A stretch of 64,000 nucleotides of DNA from a bacterium (GCA_020444425.1 JAHLLB010000011.1:19915-83914), one strand, 5' to 3'. Shown: positions 30,263 through 41,225, numbered from the stretch's first letter. The notes: generated from the sequence alone by a model not told the origin. Translations and numbers: made by a program.

Positions 30263-33058
30263 CTACTCTGCTGAAGCGTTAACTTCCATGGCGGGGATGT
30301 AAACGGTATACACCGACCCCTTCCCGGGCGTGCTCTGTACATGCACATTCCCGTTGTTCTGCTTGATATGGCTGTAGACGGACGCCATGCCCAGCCCCGA
30401 ACCACGGGAATCTTCAGGCTTCTGGTAGAAGGGTTCGAACACATGCGCCAGCGCGTCGTCTGACATTCCCACTCCGGTGTCCTCAACTTCGAAGCAGACA
30501 TAGTCCTGGTCGTCCAGCTCGAACGTCGCGTCCACAGGATCCACCGCCGGATTCACCACGCGGGTGCGCAGGGTGATCGATCCGTGACCGTTTTCAATTG
30601 AATCACGCGACTGAATCAGCAGGTTGATGATCATCTGCTCCATCTGGTTCGGGTCGGCGTCGATCGCCGTACGCTCCTCAGCCAGATCGAGCTTCAGCTT
30701 GATTTCGGATCCGACCACGCGCAGAAGCGTCTTTTCCAGATAAGTCAGCAGATCGTTCAGCTCCATCTGCTTCGGCTCATGATGACCTTCGCGGCTCAGA
30801 TCGAACAGCTGATGCGTGAGATCGACTGCGGACTGCGTCGTCGCCTGGATGGCATCCAGATCCTGCTGGAGAATGTCGTCCGGCTTGAGCTTGGCACGAG
30901 TTCGGTCAACCTGCCCGGCGATGGTTTCGATCATGCGCTCGAAATCGTGGGCAATCCCTCCGGCCACGCGTCCGATCGAATCCAGCCGTTGCATCTGCTG
31001 CACCCGGCGGACCAGCCGATGTTGCATCGTCACGTCTCGGATGAATCCCAGCACGGCTGGTTTTCCTTCCCAGTCGATGATGCTGCTGGTCAATTGCAAC
31101 GACAGGGTTTTTCCGCTGCTGTGCAGCCCTGTGAAATCGAGAATGTTATCGGCGTCCTCGCCCCGGGCAATGGCACGAATCCGCTTCAGGACATGATCCC
31201 TGTCCGGAGGGGCGATCAGCTTCATCTCGTCGAAATCTTCCGCGATCAGCTCATCGTGTGAGTAGCCGAACAGATGCGTGAAACTCGGGCTGACCAGTAC
31301 AAATCCCTTCGCGGTACGTACATAGACTGCGTCCACGGACTGTTCAAACAAGCGCTGGAAACGCGCCTGCATCTGATTGATCTCAGCTTGCGCCTGCTTC
31401 CGATCCGTGATATCAACGGCATTGACTACGGTCTGCGGGTTGCCATCCGGACCTGTCGCCAGGAAAATGCTGGCCAGAATGGTGCTGATCGTCCCGTCTG
31501 TGGCGACAACGTCAATCTCATATTGCTTCGGTACATCCTCGCCGCGTCTTCGTGCCTTGTATCGCTCCGCAATCGTCTCACGCTGTGTGTCGGTCAGGTA
31601 GTCTCTGAAATCGGTGCCGATCACGTTACGGTAGGGACTCTTCAGGATCTGGCAAAAACCCTGGCTGGCAAAGGTGATGCAGAATTTTTCGTCAACAACC
31701 ATCACCACAGACAGCGGGTTCTCGACGATCATCCGGTAGCGCTGCTCGCTTTGAGCCAACTTGATCTCAGCGCGCATACGCTGGGAGATATCGATCAGGG
31801 CAGCGCGGATCTGTCTGTCCCCTTCCGGGGTGTCCCGTGGTGCAGATTCAAAGCGGACAAACTTGCGTTCCTTGTCAACCTGCTTCAGTTCGACCTCGCA
31901 GGACGCGGGACGCTGGTTCTGGATCACAGACTGAAAGTGATCCGCCAGGGTCGTCATGTGCCGGCTGACGACCTGTTGCAACAAGGAGCGCCGCATCAGT
32001 GAATCATAATCACTGCCGAGTATTTCACACGCCGTCTGATTCGCCCGCAGCACCGTTGCACGTTCTGAGATCGTCAGGTATCCTACCGGCGCATGTTCGT
32101 ACAAGTCGGTGTAGCGCATCAGCGAACGGTTGATCCGTTCTTCCGCCTGCTGCAGATCGAAGTTCTGTTTCTCCAGCTCGGTTTTGACCTGTTGCAGTTC
32201 ACCCAGCAACGATCGGACAGCTTGTTCCGACTCTTTCCGTTCGGTGATGTCGGTGGTAATGATGATCCCGGCAATGACGTTTCCCGCCTCATCGCGCACC
32301 GCTTCCGCATGCGCCAGCACCCAGTTCTGCTTACCGTCGGGTTGTTCGATGATCACTTCTTCGTTCTGTATGGACTGGCCGGTCTGCATTGCCCGGAACA
32401 ACGGGTAGCTGTCGTCCGAGTGCTGACGTCCGTCCGGCAGCAGGAAACGGCACCGGCTGGCGTAGTCATGCACCGGCTGGCCGACCGGGTCTTCATCGAC
32501 ATCGTGTCCGCGCAGACGGATCGCTGCCTTGTTGGCGCTGCGGATGATGAGATCGGGATAGTCGACGATCATGATCCCGGCGGGACTTTGCGCGAGCGCT
32601 GCGTGCAGGAAGGCTTGCAGCTTCTCCCGTTGACGGTCAACTTCCTTGCGCTGGCTGATGTCTGTCATCGACAACACGATGGCCGGAGGGTCTTCTTCGG
32701 GAACGAGGGATGGATTGCACTCAACCCACAGCCACGTTCCACCCTTCTGCAGCAAACGGAGATCAAGCATCGACTTCACATCCGCACCGCTGCTCAGTTT
32801 GGTGCACATGGCATCAATCTGATCTCTATCTTCCGGGTGAAACAGGTCATATAGGCTGATCCCGATCAGATCACCGGAATCCTGTTGTGTGAAGTGGCAG
32901 GCGGCGGGATTGGCGTAGTCAACCGTCTTGTCGCGGATGTAGAGCACGGCGGACGCGGTATGCTCGATCAAAATCCCATAGACACCCTGGATTTCTTTTG
33001 ATTGCATCCCGGGACTGGATGACTCGGTGTTGCTGTCAGTTTTGGGTTCGTTATCCAT
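30263..33058 (-). CDS. Multi-PAS (5) sensor histidine kinase with atypical H- and N-boxes
   Basis: Five PAS/PAC units; GIAHDFER, NLLIQSRDS, EDTGVGM, FEPFY, GSGLGM. Start placed at MDNEP. Confidence 0.88.
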   Translation of the reverse strand: MDNEPKTDSNTESSSPGMQSKEIQGVYGILIEHTASAVLYIRDKTVDYANPAACHFTQQDSGDLIGISLYDLFHPEDRDQIDAMCTKLSSGADVKSMLDLRLLQKGGTWLWVECNPSLVPEEDPPAIVLSMTDISQRKEVDRQREKLQAFLHAALAQSPAGIMIVDYPDLIIRSANKAAIRLRGHDVDEDPVGQPVHDYASRCRFLLPDGRQHSDDSYPLFRAMQTGQSIQNEEVIIEQPDGKQNWVLAHAEAVRDEAGNVIAGIIITTDITERKESEQAVRSLLGELQQVKTELEKQNFDLQQAEERINRSLMRYTDLYEHAPVGYLTISERATVLRANQTACEILGSDYDSLMRRSLLQQVVSRHMTTLADHFQSVIQNQRPASCEVELKQVDKERKFVRFESAPRDTPEGDRQIRAALIDISQRMRAEIKLAQSEQRYRMIVENPLSVVMVVDEKFCITFASQGFCQILKSPYRNVIGTDFRDYLTDTQRETIAERYKARRRGEDVPKQYEIDVVATDGTISTILASIFLATGPDGNPQTVVNAVDITDRKQAQAEINQMQARFQRLFEQSVDAVYVRTAKGFVLVSPSFTHLFGYSHDELIAEDFDEMKLIAPPDRDHVLKRIRAIARGEDADNILDFTGLHSSGKTLSLQLTSSIIDWEGKPAVLGFIRDVTMQHRLVRRVQQMQRLDSIGRVAGGIAHDFERMIETIAGQVDRTRAKLKPDDILQQDLDAIQATTQSAVDLTHQLFDLSREGHHEPKQMELNDLLTYLEKTLLRVVGSEIKLKLDLAEERTAIDADPNQMEQMIINLLIQSRDSIENGHGSITLRTRVVNPAVDPVDATFELDDQDYVCFEVEDTGVGMSDDALAHVFEPFYQKPEDSRGSGLGMASVYSHIKQNNGNVHVQSTPGKGSVYTVYIPAMEVNASAE

Positions 33059-33346
33059 GGTCGTTCTGTCGTCCGGATTGTCAGAGGGTTGGAGACTTGA
33101 ACTTCTATTATTTTTTCGCACTAATAAAAGTAATAACACAAGGGGCCACAGAACAAGAAAAAGCGTTCACCCGAGGAACGAAAGTTGGTCTCGGAGGCAG
33201 CCTGCCCGAACCGTACGATCTTCGGGTTGGGTTTTGTTTTCCCCAATTGCATCGTAGATTAATAGATTAAACAAAACCGCTGGGTCCGCATTAACAACTT
33301 CACCGTGACGGTTTACATTGCAGCCTCACCATTCAGGAGTCCGACC

Positions 33347-36300
33347 ATGACCAGACGCGCACGGGGTGCCTTGATTCTCCTTGCCATGCTGTTCCTGCTA
33401 CCGGTCCTTTCTTTCGCCCGTGATGACGATCAAAAGCCATCGCCGGATCCGTTCTACGATGTTGAACGGTTGCCGAACGGGCTGCGCGCCAAGGTATCGC
33501 TGGCAACGTTGACGGACAGCACGACAATCAGCGCGATGATCGCCGCCCCCGCCGGACACGGAGTCACGGCTCTGCTGACTGCAGGCTCCGGGGTGGAAGC
33601 AGCTGTCGCCGAGCCCATCAATTTTCGTGGGATCACGTTGTACCCGCTACAGGTTCGTCCAGCTCCGGGACATGGATGGTCCGGAGATGACATCGCGGTG
33701 GTGGAAGCTCAGTTTACGCAGGCTGGGCTGGACAACATCGGTGAGCCCGTCCGTGTCAGCGAGCAGACGGCCCGCTGGATCGAGCGCGCGGTGTTGAACA
33801 GCGAAGAGCTGGACATGGAGACCGTCGCCCCGGTCGGCCGGATTCTGATCGTCGTGCAGGATGACGCACAGATTGTCGGAGCTCTCGAACCGTACATCGC
33901 GTGGAAGCGGCAGCAGGGGTATCGCATCAGCATCGCCCACCCGTCGGACAATACGGACCCCTACGCGATCAAGAACGAAGTCACGGCTGAGTATTTCAGC
34001 GACAACCCGGTCCCGTTGGAATACGTGCTGATGATCGGTGATCACGACTCCAATTCGCAAGTCCGGATGGTCGGGTACCGTTACGACAACAACTTCAACA
34101 GCAACCACACAGACAACTGGTATGTCACCATGGACGGCCGGCTGCCGGTTCCGGATGTCGCCATCGGCCGCTTCAGTGTCCGAGAACTGAACCAGTTGCG
34201 CATCGGCGTCAACAAGACGCTGGCCTACGAACGCGACGGAGAACTTGACGACGAGTCCTGGATTCGGCACGCCGCGCTGACAGCCGGATCGAACTCAGGC
34301 ATCAGCGTGTTGCAGACCAACCAGTCGATCCGCTGGATGTTCGACGAGCAGGACTTCGCAGTCGATACGTTGTGGTGGACCATGCCCAACGGCGGCATGA
34401 TCCCGACCTTCATCCACAACCAGATCGAAGAGGGTGTCGGCTTCGTCAATTACCGCGGCTATTACGGCATGAGCGGGTGGGACAACAACGATCTGATCGG
34501 GTTGAACAACGTCGGCAAGCTACCTGTCGTCGTCACCATCACCTGCGGCACCGGCCTTTGGGGCACCGAGGACGAATCGATCAGCGAAGGGTTTTTCCGT
34601 GCGGGCTCGGTCAACGAACCGGTTGGCGGGGTCGCGTGCATCGGCACCGGTACCACCGACACGCACACACGATTCAACAATGTGATCGACGCCGGCGTGT
34701 TTGAGGCGTTGCTGTCCTACAACATGCGCTCGCTTGGGTGGGCGCTGGTTCACGGCAAGATGCGGCTGGCCGAGGCGTACAACGGCACCAGCGATTCCGG
34801 CTGGATCATCCGCTTTGTCAACTGGAACAACCTGATCGGCGACCCGGCGTTGCGGATGTGGCTGAATGCGCCTGTCGAACCGACCGTTACTCATACCCCG
34901 TCCCTGCGTCCCGGCAGCAACTTTGTCGACGTGCAGGTATCGCTCCCGGGCGACTGGCCGGACATGATCTGGGCGACCGTCGCCAGCCAGGATACCGTGC
35001 TCGATTCGCGCAGCTTCGTCAGTGATGGCCGTGTCCGCCTGCAGCTTCCGGACCTGGACCCGGATGACACAATCACCCTGACCGTCGTCGGCGACGATGT
35101 CCTGCCGTACCAGGCAGTGCTGCCCATCGTGGCGGAGGCGAACGACGTCGAAGTGACCGGTGTGATCGTGGATGATAACGGTGATGGCATCCCCAACGCC
35201 GGCGAAACGGTCACTCTCGACCTCGAGCTGACGAACCAGGGCAGCGCCACCATCAGCGCCGGACAGGCCACGGTCAGTTCAATCGACCCGCGTGTTGAAT
35301 CGATCGGCACCACGACCTTTGATTTCCCCACGATCGGCGTGGGCCAAACAGTGACCGTGACGAACGCGGTGACGTTAACCATTTCCGGATGGGCGCCGGA
35401 CGGCTGTTACCCGGCGGTGACGGCCTCCTTCCCCGGCGACATTCAGAGCTCGATTCCCTTGGAGGTGATTGCGTGGGAGCTGGATGCCGAATCCTCCTTT
35501 GCCTGGACAGACAGCACCAGCGACCGGCGCATATTCCCGGGCGAATCCGGTGAGGTCGCGTTCCCGGTCAAAAACTACGGTCGCGCGGACGCTACCGGAT
35601 TGCAGGCATCACTGTACTTTGACGACGCCCGCTTCTCTGTGCTCAACAACCCGGTGACGTTCGCCGATGTCGGAGCGGATTCCAGCCGTGACAACCTCAC
35701 GGTTCCGTTCCTGGTTCAGCTGACGGATCAAGCCCGGGTCGGTGAATTGGTTCCGGTGGTGGTGCACTTCGAGGATGCGGCCGGAGCGGTGGACAGCGTG
35801 GAAGCTGTGTTCATTCCCGCCGACCCACGAGCCGCCGGCGCGACCGGTCCCGACCTGAATTACGGCTACTGGGCGGTGGACGATGAAGACGTCGAGCTGA
35901 TCCGGCCCGAGTACGACTGGTACGACAACATCCTTCCCATCAACAACGTCGGCCTTGAGGACAACTACAGCGGTGGAGCCTACCAGTACGGCGAGGAAGA
36001 TGCCAGCATGGTGATGGACCTGCCGTTCCCGTTCGTCTACTACGGTGAAGTCTACGACGAGGTCACGATCAACACGAACGGTTGGATCGCCCTCGGCAAC
36101 AAGTCAACCATCATCCTCTTCCGCAATTGGCCGATTCCGAACCCGATGGGTCCACCGGCGATGATTGCGCCATTCTGGGACGATCTGCACACGGGAACCA
36201 GCGGTGTGTACGCCAGCTACGATGCGCTGACCGACCGGTTCATCGTGACCTGGGACTGCCTCGCGGCCTCGGACCAGACCCCGGAAATCTTCCAGGTGAT

Positions 36301-38140
36301 TCTCTACGGTCCGACCATGCACCCGACCCAGAGCGGTAATGGGCGCATCCTGTTCCAGTACCAGGACGTCACTCCGGTGACCAGCAACAGCACGGACAAC
36401 GACTACATCACGGTCGGCATTGAGAGTCCTGACCAGTTAAGCGGCGTCGAATACGTCTACTGGGATTTCTACCGCGCCGGCGCGGAAGCGATTGAGCCGG
36501 AGCGGGCGATCTTGCTGACGGATGACCTCACCTCGTCGGCGTCCTATTCAGAGGGCAGCATCACGCCGGATGAAATCGACGTTACGCTGCAGGGAGTGGA
36601 CGAGACAGAGGTTCCGATTTACATCGAGAACGTTGGCGATGAGAACCTGATCTGGGTGGTAAGCACCGGGTACGGTTCAGCGCCGGACAACGTGACTCGC
36701 AACAACCACCTGCCGATCGAGTCCGACTGGAACCTGATCGATGCGATTTCGCCGAAGGACAGTTGGGGTTATTACTGGCTGAGCGACGAAGAAGAAGGCG
36801 CGGAATACGACTGGATCGAACCGCCCGCGGATGCTCTGGTCATGACCGGGGACGATCTCCGAATCGGTGATCTGGACGACGGTTATTTCCGCGGCGTCAA
36901 GATGCCGTTCCCGTTCGAATTTTACGGCAGCTACTACGATTCGGTCTATGTCAACCCGAACGGCTTCCTCGCCTTCCAGGGTGACCTGGACCTGGATTAC
37001 GGCACCAACCAGAACCGGATCATCCCCAGCACCTGGGCCCCGAACCGTTACAATCCCGCCGCGTTGGTCATGGCCTGGTGGGATGATCTCAACATGGATC
37101 TTGGCGGCGAAGTCAGCGTATGGACTGGTGTTGAGGATTCCGTACTGGTCACATGGGACGATGTGTACGCCGACAACGGAACCGGCCCGTACACGTTCCA
37201 GGCGTTAATTTTCAAGCACGGCTGGATCAAGCTGCAATACGAGGACATGGACGAAACCAACCTGCTCAGCGCGTCCATCGGCATTCAGAACCATGACGCC
37301 GAACACGGGCTGGAAATCTGCATGCAGGAACCGTTCATGGAAGATCAGCTCAGCCTGATGATTGCCTACGACCTGACGTGGCTGGATACCGGTAACGATT
37401 TCGGGATTCTCGCTCCTGGTGAGACGGACACCGCCATCGTGCTCGCGTTCTCGGATGATCTGCGCATGGGAACCTTCGAGGGACACGCCATTGTGCGCAT
37501 GAATGACAGCGACACACCGGTGTCTTATGTGCCGCTGCATGTCAACGTGGAAGGTGTCGGCGCGGTCCCGGACGTGGCGGAGATCGACGATCTGCACGTA
37601 CCGTTCGGGTTCCCCTTCGAACCGTTCCCGCTGGATGATTACGTCACCGACGACGTCTGGGGCTCGGATCGCATCCGCTGGTCAGTCAGCGGCAACACCG
37701 ATCTGAACATCAACGTTTTCGAGCGCACGTTGTACATCGAGAAACCGAACATCTTCTGGGAAGGGGCGGAAGAGGTCACCTTGACCGCCACCAACCCTGA
37801 GAATAACGCAGATTCGGAGACGATTACGATCTCGGTCGGGTCGGTCAGTGTGGACGAGGCCGATGATGGCCTCCCGCGCGAATTTGCGGTGGGTCCACTG
37901 TACCCGAACCCGTTCAACCCGTCCGTGACGATGGAAGTTGCCTTGCCGGAACCGTCCGGGATTACCGTCGCGGTGTATGACGTTCTCGGCCGTCTGGTTC
38001 AGACGATTTCGATGCCGGGACAGGCTCCGGGCTACCATCGTGTGATCTGGGACGCCGGTTCGCGTCCGTCCGGGGTGTACTTCCTGCATGTGCAAGCCGC
38101 AGGCAAGCAGCAGGTTCGCAAGGCCGTGTTGATGAAGTAA
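33347..38140 (+). CDS. C25 (gingipain-like) peptidase-family protein with Ig-like and two NIDO-like domains and T9SS CTD
   Basis: YIAWKRQQGY, VLMIGD, DVAIGRF, FVNYRG, ITCGTG, NLIGDP. Two PFPF.(F/Y)YG..Y...N.NG...WDDL domains. YPNPFNP tail. Confidence 0.9.
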   Translation: MTRRARGALILLAMLFLLPVLSFARDDDQKPSPDPFYDVERLPNGLRAKVSLATLTDSTTISAMIAAPAGHGVTALLTAGSGVEAAVAEPINFRGITLYPLQVRPAPGHGWSGDDIAVVEAQFTQAGLDNIGEPVRVSEQTARWIERAVLNSEELDMETVAPVGRILIVVQDDAQIVGALEPYIAWKRQQGYRISIAHPSDNTDPYAIKNEVTAEYFSDNPVPLEYVLMIGDHDSNSQVRMVGYRYDNNFNSNHTDNWYVTMDGRLPVPDVAIGRFSVRELNQLRIGVNKTLAYERDGELDDESWIRHAALTAGSNSGISVLQTNQSIRWMFDEQDFAVDTLWWTMPNGGMIPTFIHNQIEEGVGFVNYRGYYGMSGWDNNDLIGLNNVGKLPVVVTITCGTGLWGTEDESISEGFFRAGSVNEPVGGVACIGTGTTDTHTRFNNVIDAGVFEALLSYNMRSLGWALVHGKMRLAEAYNGTSDSGWIIRFVNWNNLIGDPALRMWLNAPVEPTVTHTPSLRPGSNFVDVQVSLPGDWPDMIWATVASQDTVLDSRSFVSDGRVRLQLPDLDPDDTITLTVVGDDVLPYQAVLPIVAEANDVEVTGVIVDDNGDGIPNAGETVTLDLELTNQGSATISAGQATVSSIDPRVESIGTTTFDFPTIGVGQTVTVTNAVTLTISGWAPDGCYPAVTASFPGDIQSSIPLEVIAWELDAESSFAWTDSTSDRRIFPGESGEVAFPVKNYGRADATGLQASLYFDDARFSVLNNPVTFADVGADSSRDNLTVPFLVQLTDQARVGELVPVVVHFEDAAGAVDSVEAVFIPADPRAAGATGPDLNYGYWAVDDEDVELIRPEYDWYDNILPINNVGLEDNYSGGAYQYGEEDASMVMDLPFPFVYYGEVYDEVTINTNGWIALGNKSTIILFRNWPIPNPMGPPAMIAPFWDDLHTGTSGVYASYDALTDRFIVTWDCLAASDQTPEIFQVILYGPTMHPTQSGNGRILFQYQDVTPVTSNSTDNDYITVGIESPDQLSGVEYVYWDFYRAGAEAIEPERAILLTDDLTSSASYSEGSITPDEIDVTLQGVDETEVPIYIENVGDENLIWVVSTGYGSAPDNVTRNNHLPIESDWNLIDAISPKDSWGYYWLSDEEEGAEYDWIEPPADALVMTGDDLRIGDLDDGYFRGVKMPFPFEFYGSYYDSVYVNPNGFLAFQGDLDLDYGTNQNRIIPSTWAPNRYNPAALVMAWWDDLNMDLGGEVSVWTGVEDSVLVTWDDVYADNGTGPYTFQALIFKHGWIKLQYEDMDETNLLSASIGIQNHDAEHGLEICMQEPFMEDQLSLMIAYDLTWLDTGNDFGILAPGETDTAIVLAFSDDLRMGTFEGHAIVRMNDSDTPVSYVPLHVNVEGVGAVPDVAEIDDLHVPFGFPFEPFPLDDYVTDDVWGSDRIRWSVSGNTDLNINVFERTLYIEKPNIFWEGAEEVTLTATNPENNADSETITISVGSVSVDEADDGLPREFAVGPLYPNPFNPSVTMEVALPEPSGITVAVYDVLGRLVQTISMPGQAPGYHRVIWDAGSRPSGVYFLHVQAAGKQQVRKAVLMK

Positions 38141-38172
38141 TGCCATCCCGAACCGTCATCAGATCTAACAAC

Positions 38173-38207
38173 AAAGGGGCCACATCGTGAGGATGTGGCC
38201 CCGATTT
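38173..38207 (+). terminator. Terminator hairpin after the C25 gene
   Basis: 11-bp stem ggggccacatc/gatgtggcccc. Confidence 0.7.
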
Positions 38208-38266
38208 GTATCCGGTAATGTGATCCGTGCGGTTCAGTTCGTGGGCAATCGCCAATCGGCAAGTGC

Positions 38267-38388
38267 GTCATTCCGAACGGAACGAAGAGAAGTGAGGAAG
38301 ATCCAGCTTCGAGAGGATCGAAATGTGGTGGTTTCCTCTGCGAATCTGGCTCTTCTTCAGCCGCAAACAGACGCGGCTTCAGAATGAC
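38267..38388 (-). repeat. 122-bp GTCATTC..GAATGAC REPIN/MITE-like element
   Basis: Terminal IR. Both arms match 59147-59268 in the opposite orientation, and the length is the same. Confidence 0.85.
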
Positions 38389-38441
38389 ATCCTCTCGGCA
38401 TCGAGCTGAATTTGTCAGTCTGCGTCACGATGCCGCTGAGA

Positions 38442-39371
38442 TCAGTCGTCCTTTTTCTCCCGTCCCTTCGGCACGATAACCTTCAGCGCCTTCGGTTTCA
38501 CCTCGATCACCACATCCTTGTCCGCGTCCATCAATTCGCCGTCCACCTGTACTTTACCCGCTTGCTCGCGTTGAACGGTCATTTTCTTGAATTGCCATGT
38601 TTTCAGCTCGGGAATCTTGCTGATCGACCCGTCAAACAGGCGCCGGATCTGGAGCAGCAGTTCATGCGGCTCCATCCGCGGCACGGCGACGAGAGTCAGC
38701 AAACCATCATCCGCACGCGCTTCCGGCGCGATCTTCGCGCCGCCGCCGTACTGTGTCAGGTTGGCCGCCGTCAGTAGCAGCGGCTTCTCGATGTGGATTT
38801 CCTCGCCGTCCAGGTTGAGATGGTAATCCTGCGGTTCGTACGTGAAATACTTGTAGATCCCGGCGAACACATACGGCGCAATCCCGCGGATCGGCATCTT
38901 CTCAAAATCCGCCACCAGCTCGGCATCCCAGGCCAGGCTGGCGGTCACGAAGAACGGGTGATCGTTGACAAACCCGACGTCGATTTCCATCACCTCGCCT
39001 TTGATCAGCGCCTTTGCCGCCTTCTCCGCGTTGTTCGGAATGTCGAAATGCCGGGCGAAACCATTCCCGCTACCCGCCGGTAACACGGCCAGTTTCACGT
39101 CCGTGCCGATCAGCTGCGCACCGAGGGTGTTGACCATGCCGTCCCCACCGATCACGATGACGGTGTCGACATCACAATCCATCGCGCGCCGGATCTTGCC
39201 GACGCCGTCCTCGATGTTCCGGCTTTCCTGGTAGGTCAGGTTGATGTCAGGAAAGCTGTCCCATGGTTCCCGCAACGCATTCAGGATGTCGCTGGGACGG
39301 AATCCTACCCCGGACTGCGGGTTGAAGATTGCGAGCACGTTGCGCGTTGCGCGGCTGCTTATTTCGGTCAT
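38442..39371 (-). CDS. Diacylglycerol/lipid kinase family protein (YegS/BmrU-like)
   Basis: IFNPQSG, IGGDGMVN, LPAGSGNGFA, QYGGG, QVDGE. Confidence 0.92.
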   Translation of the reverse strand: MTEISSRATRNVLAIFNPQSGVGFRPSDILNALREPWDSFPDINLTYQESRNIEDGVGKIRRAMDCDVDTVIVIGGDGMVNTLGAQLIGTDVKLAVLPAGSGNGFARHFDIPNNAEKAAKALIKGEVMEIDVGFVNDHPFFVTASLAWDAELVADFEKMPIRGIAPYVFAGIYKYFTYEPQDYHLNLDGEEIHIEKPLLLTAANLTQYGGGAKIAPEARADDGLLTLVAVPRMEPHELLLQIRRLFDGSISKIPELKTWQFKKMTVQREQAGKVQVDGELMDADKDVVIEVKPKALKVIVPKGREKKDD

Positions 39372-39610
39372 GGTGAATCTACCTGGTATCTACCCTGGGG
39401 GACGGTCGCCATGCTGTTGTGTCTAAAGATAAGCGGAGGGCGGGAACGGGTTGCATGGAATTTCAACGCCCATCGTGGAACCCGGGAGCCATCGAGTGTA
39501 ACACACCGGTCGGCATCACGATCGTCCATGAGGCCACAGTTTACGCCGGAGCCGTGGTTGACTCCCCGCGCGCATCCGTTTAGTTTCCGTGGTTGCTGCA
39601 GGATTGATTT

Positions 39611-39684
39611 GCCCGCGTAGCTCAGTTGGATAGAGCGTCTGCCTCCGGAGCAGAAGGCCGTGAGTTCGAATCTCGCCGCGGGTA
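39611..39684 (+). tRNA. tRNA-Arg(CCG)
   Basis: GCCCGCG acceptor, TAGCTCAGTTGGATAGAGC, TCTGC-CTCCGGA-GCAGA, GTTCGAAT. CCA is not encoded. Confidence 0.96.
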
Positions 39685-39692
39685 CTTGAACC

Positions 39693-39727
39693 AGGGCCTT
39701 GCGTACTACGCAGGCCCTTTTTTCTTT
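39693..39727 (+). terminator. Intrinsic terminator after tRNA-Arg
   Basis: agggccttgcgt/acgcaggccct hairpin plus T-tract. Confidence 0.8.
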
Positions 39728-39950
39728 CCTGTCCGATCTTCTCACCTCTTCGATGATTCTCCATCACGGACGAATCCTCAGTCCACAGCAATAATGGCAC
39801 TTAGTCGTCAGCAGACGGGTTTATGAACTATTGCTCCCATCTCGGTTGATGAAACTCCTGCCTGTACAATTCGCGGACTTTCTCAGTTACAATTGACCTT
39901 GAACCGTTGCAGAAACTTTCGTCAGGTCCGATTCTATCGTTCGATTTGGT

Positions 39951-41225
39951 ATGGCAGCGAATGCACATACATCAGGCGTAACACCCCTCCCCAGGCTGGT
40001 TTCGGCCTTGCTTGCAGGACTCTGCCTTGCTATGGTGATTGTGGCGCACGCGGGTCCGATCCCCGAGATCATCAGGATTTATGGCGGTCGCGACGACGAG
40101 CTGAGCAAAGATCTCATCCTGACCCATGATGGCCGCATTCTCACCACCGGCTGGACTGAATCACACGGCGACACCCTTGGCGATCTGCAGGTAATGGCGA
40201 TGGGGCTCGCCTGTGATTCGATGTGGTCGATGACGGCTGGCGGAACTGGCGGGCTGGAGAAGGGCAAGGAGATCGTGCTACTGCCCGGCGAAGGTGTTCT
40301 GGTTGCCGGATACACCGAATCCGTCCCCAATGACCACCGCCAGGGGTATCTGCTCCGTATTGGGCTTGATGGCAATCTGGTGTGGTCGCAACAGCTCGGT
40401 GGTACTGGCCGGGACGGGTTCTTCGACCTGGCACCCCTCGCCGATGGCACCTTCCTCGCAGTGGGCGATTATCAGGTCGACCCCTATCGCGACGGTTGGC
40501 TGTATTGCTTCACAGCATCCGGCGATTTCGTCTGGCAACGTTTTGTCGGCACTGACCGCGACACACGTCTGTTCACCGCCTGCCAGTTGGTTGATGGCAG
40601 CATCATCTGTGCCGGCTGGAGCCGCCCGGCACTACCCGGAACCATCCCGGACATACACCTCTTTGCGTTGACAGAATCCGGTGATCCACTCTGGGACCGA
40701 ATATTCGGCACCGGCGAACAGGACATCGCCCGCCGCGTGCGTCCACTGGCGACCGGCGGATTTGTCATGACCGGTGAGTCTGAATTGCCGGAGGATGAGG
40801 GCGCGGAACAGATTGTGATCGCCCGTTTCCAGGCTGATGGAACGCTGGTCTGGGGGTTGGCCTGCGGGAACGAGTGGTTGGATCAGGCGAGCGACCTCGC
40901 GATTGATCAGGACCACGCTGTGTATGTCGTTGGTACATCCGAAGTCAACGCCGAGCACGAAACAGACGTCATGTTGATCCGCGTCACCCTTTCCGGCGAA
41001 TTAACCTGGTTCAGCACGCACGGCAGCGATGCGGATGATCTCGGCCGCGGAATCGTGATCGACCCGTTCGGCCGATTGTTTGTCACCGGGCAGACGCATC
41101 ATCGTTTCGCCATTCACCGCACGGACAATTTCATCGCCCGTGTGCTCGACTCCTACCTGCCGGGTTCGCAACCGGCGTTTCTCAGTTCGTTCGACGATGC
41201 GGGAATAGAATTCCGGCGGCGTTAA
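39951..41225 (+). CDS. Exported beta-propeller repeat protein, no CTD
   Basis: About 7 repeats of W....GG...D....L..DG..L..G.T. Hydrophobic N-terminal segment. Start uncertain. Confidence 0.7.
   Translation: MAANAHTSGVTPLPRLVSALLAGLCLAMVIVAHAGPIPEIIRIYGGRDDELSKDLILTHDGRILTTGWTESHGDTLGDLQVMAMGLACDSMWSMTAGGTGGLEKGKEIVLLPGEGVLVAGYTESVPNDHRQGYLLRIGLDGNLVWSQQLGGTGRDGFFDLAPLADGTFLAVGDYQVDPYRDGWLYCFTASGDFVWQRFVGTDRDTRLFTACQLVDGSIICAGWSRPALPGTIPDIHLFALTESGDPLWDRIFGTGEQDIARRVRPLATGGFVMTGESELPEDEGAEQIVIARFQADGTLVWGLACGNEWLDQASDLAIDQDHAVYVVGTSEVNAEHETDVMLIRVTLSGELTWFSTHGSDADDLGRGIVIDPFGRLFVTGQTHHRFAIHRTDNFIARVLDSYLPGSQPAFLSSFDDAGIEFRRR

Noticed and set aside
33160-33240. Possible c-di-GMP riboswitch in the kinase/C25 intergenic region
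   Set aside because: Hairpins are present, but the GEMM consensus elements were not found on either strand.
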